Part shown: one piece after another, positions 1 to 9,612 of the stretch
Numbering within the stretch: position 1 is the stretch's first letter
Layout of the letters: every line of letters starts with the position of its first letter
DNA from: an uncultured Methanosarcinaceae archaeon
GTDB taxonomy: Archaea > Halobacteriota > Methanosarcinia > Methanosarcinales > Methanosarcinaceae
NCBI GenBank assembly: GCA_963721455.1
Contig: CAVRJG010000064.1
Location: forward strand, 22,582-86,581
Direction: 5' to 3'
Length of the DNA: 64,000 nucleotides
Position numbers and translations under genes: made by a program
Notes under the pieces: generated by a model
What the model was told of the DNA's origin: nothing
Database searches by the model: none
The model's input: the letters and a program-made list of their open reading frames with translations, nothing else

Positions 1-178
1 CAAGGAGTTAAGTGGGTATTTTTCCTTTCCCATTGAAGAACATCGAGGGGAAAGCATGGTTAGCATTGTAGATCTAAAAGAGGTAACAGAGTTCCTGGCT
101 GGAATAAGGTCTCAATATTTAAACTGTATACAAAAAGAAAAACATAAGATGGTGACGGGAAAAAGCCCGGCACAGTGA
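1..178 (+). CDS. 3' end of an unidentified gene running in from the left edge (..KELSGYFSFPIEEHRGE..KSPAQ*)
   Basis: Frame open from position 2 to TGA at 176-178; no recognisable motif. Confidence 0.45.
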   Translation, partial: KELSGYFSFPIEEHRGESMVSIVDLKEVTEFLAGIRSQYLNCIQKEKHKMVTGKSPAQ

Positions 179-209
179 TATTAGAAGATTAATTCTTGAG
201 ATCTGGCTC

Positions 210-437
210 TTACACTTTTCGATGGAGGTGAAAAAGCCCTTCTTTTGCCTTGTTAAGGTACTCGTTTGCTTCCTCAATTTTACTGGCAGCTTCAAGAATA
301 TCTTCAGAAGCTTCGAGAAAACCATCTTTTTTGGCTTTCTGAGCCCATTCCCTAAAGCTCTGCAGATGGCTTTCGTTATGCTCGATCCAGTGTTCAATCA
401 AATGCGCAAGATTTTCATGATTAAGTTCTTCAGTGAT
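210..437 (-). CDS. Small helical His-containing hypothetical protein (HWIEHNESH motif), possibly metal-binding
   Basis: ORF 210..401 stays open upstream to an ATC at 437, 7 nt after a GGAGGG RBS. Confidence 0.65.
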   Translation of the reverse strand: MTEELNHENLAHLIEHWIEHNESHLQSFREWAQKAKKDGFLEASEDILEAASKIEEANEYLNKAKEGLFHLHRKV

Positions 438-649
438 AGTTATTCCCTCCTCTTCAAATATATGAAATTCATTGTATAAATTCTCGCTGGATTTAAGTCA
501 GAATTTCATACTGTTAAATAAAACCGGTAAAAAAGAGAATAGATGGAACGAAATAAAACAGTTTAAAAACCTGATTTTTACCTATCAGGTTTCAAACTAT
601 CCTGCTCAAAATGGTTCCTATTAAACTATTTCGGCCTAACTGCTTAGAT

Positions 650-1891
650 TCAAACTGACCTTGGATCAGTAATCTCGCCTGTTAGTGCCGAGGCTGCTGC
701 GGTTGCAGGGGATGCAAGATAAATAAAACCGTCTTTTCCCATCCTGCCTTTGAAATTCCTGTTTGCAGTTGAGATGCAGACTTCTCCTTCCCCGAGCACT
801 CCCTGATGGGCGCCAAGACAGGGTCCGCAACCAGGGGTTACAAGAGTCACGCCTGCCTTCAGCAGAGTTTCCATTGTCCCGTTTTCAATTGCTGCAAGGA
901 GAGTCGTGCGGGATGCAGGAATTACGATAGTCCTGACTGCAACCTTCTTTCCTTTCAAAACCGCTGCTGCGACCTCAAGGTCTTCAAGCCTCCCATTAGT
1001 GCATGTCCCGATAAAAACCTGGTCGATATGGGTGCCTTCAACTTCTCCCACAGGCTTTACATTGTCCACCTGATGCGGGCAGGCTACCTGAGGCTCGATA
1101 TCGTCAGCATAGTAGGTTAATTCTTTTACGTACATAGCATCCGGATCGGCATAAACCGGCTCATAAGGAGCAGCCGCTCTTTTATTCAGGAAATCGAAGG
1201 TCTTTTCGTCCGGCGGAACAATCCCTGTTTTTGCTCCCATTTCGATTGCCATATTGCAGAGAGTCATCCTACCGGCGACAGACAGTTCGCTAATAGCCTG
1301 CCCGTAAAATTCGACGGCTTTATAAGTGGCACCGTCAATTCCGGTCTTTCCGATCAGGTAAAGGGTCAGATCTTTTGCATAAACCCCTTCTCCAAGCCTT
1401 CCTTCAACAGTAAACCTGAAGCTTTCCGGCACCTTGAACCAGAGCTTGCCTGTGGCGAAAATCTCAGCCATGTCAGTAGCTCCCACCCCTGTTGCAAAAG
1501 CTCCGAAAGCCCCATAAGTACACGAATGAGAATCAGCTCCCACAACCAGTTTTCCAGGCAGGGCAAACCCGTTTTCCGGAAGCACCTGATGGCAGATTCC
1601 TTCTCCCAATTCATAAAAGTTCGGAATGCCCTGCTCCTTTACCCACTCCCTGATTTCCTTTTGCAGGGTAGCTGAGGTCTCATTATTTGCAGGCGCGATA
1701 TGGTCGAAGGGAATTATGATCCTTGACGGGTCCCAGACCTTTTCTATCCCCATTTCCTTAAAAGCATTTACTGCAAGTATCGACGTGCCGTCATGCGCCA
1801 TTGCATAATCGACATCTGCCATGACAAAATCGTTTGCTTTTGCCTCTGTTCCCGCTGCCCGAGATAAAATCTTTTCGCTAATTGTTCCCAA
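650..1891 (-). CDS. hacA: Methanogen homoaconitase large subunit (LeuC/aconitase family; coenzyme B biosynthesis)
   Basis: [34 protein letters not shown] and [12 protein letters not shown] aconitase motifs; TTG start; hacA versus leuC rests on recalled Methanosarcina paralog similarity. Confidence 0.85.
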   Translation of the reverse strand: MGTISEKILSRAAGTEAKANDFVMADVDYAMAHDGTSILAVNAFKEMGIEKVWDPSRIIIPFDHIAPANNETSATLQKEIREWVKEQGIPNFYELGEGICHQVLPENGFALPGKLVVGADSHSCTYGAFGAFATGVGATDMAEIFATGKLWFKVPESFRFTVEGRLGEGVYAKDLTLYLIGKTGIDGATYKAVEFYGQAISELSVAGRMTLCNMAIEMGAKTGIVPPDEKTFDFLNKRAAAPYEPVYADPDAMYVKELTYYADDIEPQVACPHQVDNVKPVGEVEGTHIDQVFIGTCTNGRLEDLEVAAAVLKGKKVAVRTIVIPASRTTLLAAIENGTMETLLKAGVTLVTPGCGPCLGAHQGVLGEGEVCISTANRNFKGRMGKDGFIYLASPATAAASALTGEITDPRSV

Positions 1892-2401
1892 AAGTAAGTC
1901 TCCTGTCTGATAATCAAGAATAATGAAGTATGAGAAAGAAATTCAGATTCCTGAACTCACTATAACGAGATATATACTTAATGGATTTTTGAGTTAAAGA
2001 TTTAATTAAAAGAAATATTTTAAAGTAACTATACAGGGTATTCTCGCAGGAAACGGGATCATCCTGCGGGAACGCTCAAAGGAGCGCCGCTAACTATACT
2101 CTGAGGGCCAAATATCCCTCTGCCCTCTACAGATCGTAAGCTCGTGGAAAATTGCCAGACTCTATAACGGCAGAGCTGTAACATGTTAAATTGCCGGAGA
2201 GCCGCAGGAGTTGAGGGTGGTAATCTATTCAAGCCGGACAATGCCGTAAGTTACAAAAACTACCTTCTCAGCCTGCGTTTGTTTTATGAAAATGCAGCTA
2301 TAAAATTAAAGCTGCATATTACCCTCTATACGAGTTACAAAATATTAAATAAAGAGTAAGCGACTCAACTTCAAAGCAGGAATTTCAAAGTAGAAAATTT
2401 C

Positions 2402-3361
2402 TCAGATTATTCCGTTCTTCTCCAGAAATCCTTCAAGAGGCACGGAATGAGTCTGGAAGCCGCATACTTTATAGGGATCAGCTCCCATTGAAAGGGCTAC
2501 GAACTGGGCAATATTCATGTGCACCATATCATATTTTACGCCAAACTCTTTTTCAATAACCGGCTGGTAGCGGTCGTACTGGATATGGCAGTTCGGGCAC
2601 ATATGAATCATCAGTTCTACGCCTGCATTTTGAAGGCTGTCAAGTTTAGTTTTTGTTACCTGAAGCGACGTATCTTTGTTAAGGTGAAGCTGGGAAAAGC
2701 CCATCCCACAGGTAAGAGTGCGGTCTTCGTACCAGCGAACCATATCAGCTCCGCAGGCTGCGGCTATAGTGTCTATTAACTGAGGGTTTTCAGGGTTTCC
2801 GAGGACATCGAGATACTTGACTTTATAGTAGTGACAGGCATGGTGGGCTGCAGCTTTGATCCCTGAGAAGTCGAATTTCTTCTGCTCCCGGATCTTATCG
2901 ACCTTGCTTAAGAGAATCTCTACTGCATGGTAGAAGTTTGTCCTTGCATTCATATCGTCTTTTTCGTAAACGAGATCTTCAAGGCCATGCTCCCTGAAGA
3001 TGGAATTGACTTTTTCCCGGATCTCGGTATTAGTATTAAGAACCTCACAGGCTTCCTTGTTTATGGCATAACAGGTTGAACAGAGGCAGGTTATATTGGG
3101 ATAGCCGCATCTTCTCGCGACTGCGAAGTTCCGGGCTGCAATAGCTGTTGTTGTTAGCCCTTCAAAGATGTCAGTATAATGCCCTATTCCTGTGCAGCAG
3201 GACTGCTCATCATTTATACAGTAATCTACTCCAAGCCTGTCAAACACGTAACGAGTGGAAGTTTCCACTCCCGGGTACTCCTGCCCGACCATGCAGCTTT
3301 TAAATAATAAGAGCTGCCTGTCCGGTATATCCTCTATCGCTTTCAAAGCCGAAATCCCCAC
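2402..3361 (-). CDS. hdrB: CoB-CoM heterodisulfide reductase subunit B (HdrB1)
   Basis: Two CCG-type domains (SC..SCCTG..CSTC; HACH..TCG..CPNC); last gene of the hdrACB operon; start uncertain (3361 or ~3346). Confidence 0.9.
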   Translation of the reverse strand: MGISALKAIEDIPDRQLLLFKSCMVGQEYPGVETSTRYVFDRLGVDYCINDEQSCCTGIGHYTDIFEGLTTTAIAARNFAVARRCGYPNITCLCSTCYAINKEACEVLNTNTEIREKVNSIFREHGLEDLVYEKDDMNARTNFYHAVEILLSKVDKIREQKKFDFSGIKAAAHHACHYYKVKYLDVLGNPENPQLIDTIAAACGADMVRWYEDRTLTCGMGFSQLHLNKDTSLQVTKTKLDSLQNAGVELMIHMCPNCHIQYDRYQPVIEKEFGVKYDMVHMNIAQFVALSMGADPYKVCGFQTHSVPLEGFLEKNGII

Positions 3362-4010
3362 TTTTGTCTTCCTTTTTAATACACTGGTTCTTCAGGAGCT
3401 GGTGCAAACGTTTTTCCTGTATTTTTCCTTTGAGCCATTTTTCCCTTTCAAAATAACCTGTGCCTTCAAGAATGGCCTGAACTTCTCCATGGGTATTCCT
3501 GATATCCCTGGAACTGAGCCCGAGTTCGACACGGGTTGATTCAAGATTCTTTTTGAATTTGATCCAGCGTTCTCCAAGGTCTCTTTCCATATTCTTGACT
3601 CCGGGGCCCGGTACCTTGCTGGCTCCGTTCTCTGCAAGATATTCGCCGATCTCAAGGAAGTATGCAAGTTTCTCAACCCCGATGCCCTCGTTGATAGCCA
3701 TCTGCCTGAGCACCTGTACTATTGTTACCGGGCTGTTATTTCTGGGACAGCGCAGGTTGCAGGAATAGCAGTAGAAGCAAGACCAGATCATTTCGGACTC
3801 AAGCACACTGCGGTCGTTTTCCAGCACTTTTTTTACGATCTGGCGCGGGCTGTAATCTGTAAAGCGGGCTGCAGGACAGGAAGCAGTGCAGGCTCCGCAC
3901 TGGATGCAGCGGTCAAGCCCCAGAGAGGCAGGTGTCCGGATGCTTCTCTTTGCAGTCTCTGCAAGAGTTTTACATTCCGGTGTATCGTATTCGTTTACAT
4001 ATGGCATCAT
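3300..4010 (-). CDS. hdrC: Heterodisulfide reductase subunit C (HdrC1)
   Basis: CIQCGACTASCP and CFYCYSCNLRCP 2x[4Fe-4S] motifs; lies between hdrA and hdrB. Confidence 0.92.
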   Translation of the reverse strand: MMPYVNEYDTPECKTLAETAKRSIRTPASLGLDRCIQCGACTASCPAARFTDYSPRQIVKKVLENDRSVLESEMIWSCFYCYSCNLRCPRNNSPVTIVQVLRQMAINEGIGVEKLAYFLEIGEYLAENGASKVPGPGVKNMERDLGERWIKFKKNLESTRVELGLSSRDIRNTHGEVQAILEGTGYFEREKWLKGKIQEKRLHQLLKNQCIKKEDKSGDFGFESDRGYTGQAALII

Positions 4011-6418
4011 TTGATCATCTCTCCTTCCCGGGCAAGGCTGGTGAAAGTGCCTGCAAGCCCTTTTGTATTTGGAACATAGGCTTTTTTGAAATAGAGCCTG
4101 TTTCCTGAATCTCCCATTTCTTTTTTCAGTTTCTCGAAATGGCTGACAGTTAAAGGATATATAATCTCAGCTTTCGGGCTGTCAGGGGGGTCTTCTATAA
4201 AGAGGACCGAAGATGCCCCGCATTTGAAGGCGTGAAGTAGCAGATCTTTGTCCACAACCAGATTTGTGGGTACCTTGATCAACTTGACATTTGAGGGATA
4301 GGTCAGCACACTGTTCCCTATATTGTCGCAGGTCAGAGATGCAATCCCGCTGTTTACAAAGCCCAGCAGGTCTCCCTCTTTGAGCACACCCTCAATTTCG
4401 GCTTTTAGCTGAGTTTTCGTGAAACTTGCAACCTGAATAGCCCCGGTTTGACAGAGTTCAGTGCAGTATCCGCAGCCCGTACAGACCAGTGGGTCTACGA
4501 TAATCTTTCCATTCTCATTCAAAGAAAAAGCATCGAATGGACACTTGAGGCATTCCCTACATTGAGTACAGAGAAGCTGGTTGATAGTCGGAATTTCATT
4601 TACCAGTGCTTTTGGGCTGTCCGCAATAAAGGCCCTTCCCCTTACAGCTGCAAGCCCTGCCTGGGAAATAGTATCTGTAACGTCCTTAGGGCTCTGAGCA
4701 GTGCCGCAGACAAAGATCCCGTCAAGTGAACTGTCTACAGGTTTCAATTTCGAATGTCTCTCCTTGAGAAAGCCACTTTCGTCCTGGCTCAGGTTCAGTA
4801 CACTGGCAATTTTTCTGGTCCCCTGGGACGGGGTCATGGCCGCAGAAAGTATAACGAGATCTGCAGGAATCTCCTTTATCCTCTGATCCAGGGTATCTTC
4901 AATTCTTACAACAAGACTCTTATCCGGCTTTTCCACGATTTCGGCCGGTCTTCCCCTCACAAAGTTAACTCCCATATCCTGGACTGCACGATAGTAATTC
5001 TCATAGAAACCAAGAGCTCGCAGATCAATATAGCAAATTGTGATTTCTGTACCTGGATATTTTTTGAGTATCAGGCTCGAGTGTTTCAGGGCTGCCATGC
5101 AGCAGTACCTGGAACAGTAACGATTTCCGCCTTCTTTTTCATCTCTCGAACCCACACACTGGATCATAACTATCTTTTTAGGTGTTCCATTGGAGTTATC
5201 CGAAGGATTGTCAGAGGAGTCCTCACTTTCACAAGTACTTGTTGAAGATATTGCCGCATCAGAAGCCGTGCTGAAATAAGAAGGCTTGAGCACTGCCCCT
5301 TTTGTAGGGCCGTTGATTCCAAGCATTCTGGCAAGTTCCATCTGGGTCATCACGTTTTTGAAAATCCCATACCCGTATTGGGGTTTTTGGGATGTATCAT
5401 ACTCGTCAAAGCCGGTAGCAACAATAACTGCACCAACATTGAGGTCAATAATCTCTTCCTTTTGCGAAAAATCAATTGCTCCGGATTTACAGGCTTCTGC
5501 ACATTTCCCGCAGGTTTCACCATTCAGCTGCAGACAGTGGTCAGGGTCTATACAGTAAGTCTTCGGAACTGATTGGGAAAAACGCAGGGAAATTGCCTTT
5601 TTGTCCATGTATCCGCAGTTGAACTCATTTTCAACCAGAACAGGACAGACATAGCTGCATCGGCCACAGCCGGTACAGTTATCATGCACGTATCTCGGTT
5701 TTTTCCTGAGCCTGACTGTAAAGTTGCCGGCACTTCCGCTTAAGCGTTCTACCTCAGTCCAGGTTAAAAGGGTTATTTTGGGGTTAGCTACTACCTCGTT
5801 CATCAGCGGGCTAAGTGAGCACATTGCGCACTCTTCCGCAAGCTTGTCAGGAGAAAAGACCTTGCCTATTTTTGCCATATTCCCACCTATACTGGAATCC
5901 TTCTCAACGAGGTAGGTGGAAATTCCATTATCTGCAAGGTTCACTGCCGCAGTTATCCCTGCAATCCCTCCGCCAATAACCAGGGCCTGTGGAGCGATGT
6001 CCACTTTTATTTCTTCAAGGGGCTCGATATTTTCCAGGCGTCTGAGTTTTCCCCGAAGAAGTGAAAGAGCTTTTTCAGTAGCTCCGGCTTTATCCGGATG
6101 TACCCAGGCACAGTGTTCCCTGAGGTTTGCAATTTCGAGCATTGCTCTGTTAAGTCCTGCCTCCTGAATACACTTTTTAAAAAGAGTGCCGTGTTTGGAA
6201 GGGGTACACGAGCCTATAACTATCCGGTCCAGGTTCCCTTCGGAGATCTTATTTTTAATCAGGGTCTGTCCCTCTCTCGAACAAAGATACTCGTAATCGA
6301 AGACCGGGACCCCTTCTGCCTTCAGGGTTTTCTTAAGATAATTAATATCGACATGTTCGGAAATGTTCCCACTGCAATGGCAGATAAATACAGCGGTTTT
6401 GTCCAGGGCAGCGTTCAT
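4007..6418 (-). CDS. hdrA: Heterodisulfide reductase subunit A (HdrA1), FAD/Fe-S, with C-terminal MvhD-like domain
   Basis: VFICHCSGNI, ANLREHCAWVH, GGGIAG FAD motif, IQCVGSRD, YCSRYCC, ferredoxin motifs. Confidence 0.95.
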   Translation of the reverse strand: MNAALDKTAVFICHCSGNISEHVDINYLKKTLKAEGVPVFDYEYLCSREGQTLIKNKISEGNLDRIVIGSCTPSKHGTLFKKCIQEAGLNRAMLEIANLREHCAWVHPDKAGATEKALSLLRGKLRRLENIEPLEEIKVDIAPQALVIGGGIAGITAAVNLADNGISTYLVEKDSSIGGNMAKIGKVFSPDKLAEECAMCSLSPLMNEVVANPKITLLTWTEVERLSGSAGNFTVRLRKKPRYVHDNCTGCGRCSYVCPVLVENEFNCGYMDKKAISLRFSQSVPKTYCIDPDHCLQLNGETCGKCAEACKSGAIDFSQKEEIIDLNVGAVIVATGFDEYDTSQKPQYGYGIFKNVMTQMELARMLGINGPTKGAVLKPSYFSTASDAAISSTSTCESEDSSDNPSDNSNGTPKKIVMIQCVGSRDEKEGGNRYCSRYCCMAALKHSSLILKKYPGTEITICYIDLRALGFYENYYRAVQDMGVNFVRGRPAEIVEKPDKSLVVRIEDTLDQRIKEIPADLVILSAAMTPSQGTRKIASVLNLSQDESGFLKERHSKLKPVDSSLDGIFVCGTAQSPKDVTDTISQAGLAAVRGRAFIADSPKALVNEIPTINQLLCTQCRECLKCPFDAFSLNENGKIIVDPLVCTGCGYCTELCQTGAIQVASFTKTQLKAEIEGVLKEGDLLGFVNSGIASLTCDNIGNSVLTYPSNVKLIKVPTNLVVDKDLLLHAFKCGASSVLFIEDPPDSPKAEIIYPLTVSHFEKLKKEMGDSGNRLYFKKAYVPNTKGLAGTFTSLAREGEMIK

Positions 6419-6975
6419 TATACTAAATCTTTAAGGGATTTGTATTTAAGACTTGCCAAAACATGGAGAATATTATCACAAAAAGGATATAATGGTACCA
6501 ATATTCACAAAAAAAGGACATTTCATGAGAAAAACATACACTTCAACTTTCCATCTGTTTTATTCTTATTATAATTATATTCCCTGAGCAAAGGAATACT
6601 ATGATAAGAAATGCATCTATCCTATATAAATAAAGGCTTGCAGGAATCTGGACTTCATAACTTATTTTTCTTCCTGTAATTTCCAGGATATCAACGTATA
6701 AAAGTTTAGAATCTCCAATTGTAAAAAAGCTTTTATAGGCATATAATTATATATATGGAGAAAGTATTATTATTTAAATAAACTGAGGAAAACAGATTTT
6801 GTGAGGTACTCCCACAGATCCGAAACTCATATAAATAGAAATATATTTACTAAGGGCAATAAAAGATATTTAAAAATAACTTATCTAAAATAATATGTTT
6901 CTATTGATCTGATAATACTGGATAAAAAAGGATATCGAAAGCAAGTGGAAGTTATTCTTTCGGTATAAACGGTAG

Positions 6976-7377
6976 ATGATAGTTGTGGCAGATAATGGGT
7001 TTATATTAGAGGACAGAGGCTTTAAAATGGGAGAGGTTGAATACGAAATGGTGGAGCTCTTGAGAAGTCTTAATATCAACAGACCAGTTGCTCTCACCCT
7101 TGCGTGCCTCTCCAAAGGAGAAGAGATTTCTTCCCAGTGTATCGAAATGATATCAGGCTTGAGGCAGCCTGAAGTCAGCATTGCAATGCGCTATCTTCGT
7201 GAAAATGACTGGGTAGACATGCGGGAAGAAAAGAAGAATCAGGGCAAAGGCAGGCCGGTTAAGTTGTACAAACTAACTGTTCGAATGGAAGCAATCATTG
7301 ACACAATTGAAGAAAATGTGATGGCTGAAAGTAAGGCCGTGCTCCAGAACATAGAACGCCTCAAGAACCTTTCCTGA
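6976..7377 (+). CDS. Predicted winged-HTH transcriptional regulator (archaeal ArsR-like, COG4738-type)
   Basis: SGLRQPEVSIAMRYLRE..GKGRPVKLYKL; start 6976 or 7027. Confidence 0.8.
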   Translation: MIVVADNGFILEDRGFKMGEVEYEMVELLRSLNINRPVALTLACLSKGEEISSQCIEMISGLRQPEVSIAMRYLRENDWVDMREEKKNQGKGRPVKLYKLTVRMEAIIDTIEENVMAESKAVLQNIERLKNLS

Positions 7378-8072
7378 AAGTCGATTTAGAAGTTGACATA
7401 TCAGAAGCAGTTTTCATAAAATTACAGGAAAAATTTCATTCTCATTATAAAATCCGGGTTAACCCGGAGATGATTTTTTTATATCGTACATATAAAGATA
7501 GAATAATTCAAACTGTATTTACACCCTTATAGAATCTCTTTTTTCCATCCAAACCCGAATATTAGAAATGATAGGAAACAGAATTTTTTCGGATACAAAG
7601 TATAAAATACAAAGTATACCGGGAAGAAATATTTCAGTAGAGATGAAAACTGCGTCTCGTGAGCTTAATAACACTTTACATTAATAGTGCTATAAAGCTT
7701 CTATTTACATCCGAATAATTTTAGTAAGCTGACGCTGAAAAAACACTGAAGCTAATCTCACGTCTTCCTGAAGGTGGAATACTTCTTTTTTGAATGTTGA
7801 TGTTTTTAGGTCTGATTGGATTTTTTAAAGAATTTCACGGCAACTTGCAAATATTTTGACATTAGAAGACCGAAGTTGCCAACCTGAGCCGAATAATATA
7901 AACAGCATCAACTGGGCTCCTCCAGAGCGGGTAAACAGTAAAAACACTCTAAAAGATGAGTATAAATTGGTAAATATTAAAAACGAAACATAAGTAGATA
8001 TTTATATTAATTGACTCTATAATCGTTCTTCGGGTGATTTAACGGTAGATGAAAGTGGTTTAGCTATAGAAA

Positions 8073-8456
8073 TTGCTAAGATACAAGGATGAGACCCCAA
8101 TAACTATGGGATCAAGCGAATATGAAATGATAGAGTTATTTAGAAGAATCAATGTAAGCAGGCCAATTGCTCTTTCTCTTGCCTGTCTTGCAAAAGGAAG
8201 GGAAATTTCTTCCCAGAGGATTGAAATAATATCAGGCCTGAGACAGCCTGAAGTAAGTGTTGCAATGCGTTACCTCCGCGAAAACAACTGGATTAATATT
8301 CGGGAAGAAAAGAAATCAAAAGGGAAGGGCAGACCGATCAAGCTGTACAGGCTCACAGTCCCAATGGATCACATTGTCAGCAAGATCGAAGAAGAAATCA
8401 TAGCCGAAAGCAGACTTGTGCTGGGGAATATAGAACTCCTGAAGCACATTGCCTGA
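8073..8456 (+). CDS. Tandem paralog of the preceding winged-HTH regulator
   Basis: SGLRQPEVSVAMRYLRE..GKGRPIKLYRL; colinear with 6976..7377. Confidence 0.8.
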   Translation: MLRYKDETPITMGSSEYEMIELFRRINVSRPIALSLACLAKGREISSQRIEIISGLRQPEVSVAMRYLRENNWINIREEKKSKGKGRPIKLYRLTVPMDHIVSKIEEEIIAESRLVLGNIELLKHIA

Positions 8457-8855
8457 AATTTATGATAGGGAATTGAATGGCCCTGAGACCCGATGCTAGT
8501 TTCATACAGGAAAGTATCTTGACTCTTACTATTCAAAGCCGTTCTGTCTTGAAGGGGATTCATCCCTGTCCCAACTTTTTCCTGATACCAACTTTTTTGC
8601 TTCAATAAATATCCTTATAATTCCTCAGCCTCTCATAAATTACAGAGTTAAATTTCATTATTAAAAGGAGGGAAATAAAGGAAGATTAGAGAAAATAGAC
8701 GAAAATAAAGAGATGGGCAAAACAGGAAATGAAAATCGAAAACCAGTAGATAGAATATAAGAGTGAGATAAACTAAAAGTGAGAGAATATAAAAACGAAA
8801 GAAAAACAAGGATTCAAAAAACGAAATAACAGAAACAAAAAGTTAAGAAAAAGTG

Positions 8856-8932
8856 TGGTGGGCCCGCTGCGATTCGAACGCAGGACCTCACGGTTATCAG
8901 CCGTGCGCTCCACCAGGCTAAGCTACGGGCCC
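8856..8932 (-). tRNA. tRNA-Ile (GAT), CCA encoded
   Basis: Reverse complement GGGCCCGTAGCTTAGCCTGGT..CACGGCT-GAT-AACCGTG..TTCGAATC..GGGCCCACCA. Confidence 0.97.
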
Positions 8933-8995
8933 GAAATGAAGGGTAAATGCAGTTATAAAACCTGAAAGTTCTCCGGAAAAGAGATTGTCAAATTA

Positions 8996-9072
8996 TGGTG
9001 GGCCCGCTGCGATTCGAACGCAGGACCTCACGGTTATCAGCCGTGCGCTCCACCAGGCTAAGCTACGGGCCC
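8996..9072 (-). tRNA. tRNA-Ile (GAT), identical second copy
   Basis: Exact 77-bp duplicate of 8856..8932, offset 140 bp. Confidence 0.97.
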
Positions 9073-9243
9073 ATATATCAGGTTTTTTCGATTTATCAGA
9101 CTTGAAAGGCTTTTTCGGGAAAGCGTCCCAATCCGACAACACTTTTAATACTCAATTTACTACTTATAACTTTTGCTTGAATATTTTAAGTTTCAGAGAT
9201 CCAAAAATTTATTTACAGGAAGCCGAGCAGGAATGGCGACAGT

Positions 9244-9251
9244 TTTATATA
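9244..9251 (+). promoter_or_regulatory. TATA box for tRNA-Ala
   Basis: TTTATATA ~45 nt upstream of the tRNA. Confidence 0.6.
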
Positions 9252-9296
9252 CGATACTGAGTGTATGAGGGAGTGCTGACAAGCAAAGCCTGACAT

Positions 9297-9368
9297 GGGC
9301 CGGTAGATCAGGGGTAGATCGCTACCTTGGCATGGTAGAGGCCTCGGGTTCAATTCCCGACCGGTCCA
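9297..9368 (+). tRNA. tRNA-Ala (GGC)
   Basis: GGGCCGG/CCGGTCC acceptor with G3:U70; CTACC-TT-GGC-AT-GGTAG anticodon arm; TTCAATTC T-loop. Confidence 0.96.
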
Positions 9369-9612
9369 CTTAAAAAATTTTGATATTCTTGAGCACTACT
9401 ATTTTTTATATTTCTTTACGCCCATTCACAAAGTGTTAATGGAAACAAAAACAAGGTTTTTGGATTAAACTAATTTGAAAACGTAACACCGGTCATGCGT
9501 AAAACAGGTTTTCAAGACAAGGGTAAGTCACATAATTAACAAAACCTGCTCTCCAGGAGAAATAAAGGTAAGTGGTTCAGCGGTCTTCGGTTACCCTGAT
9601 TTGATATATTTT

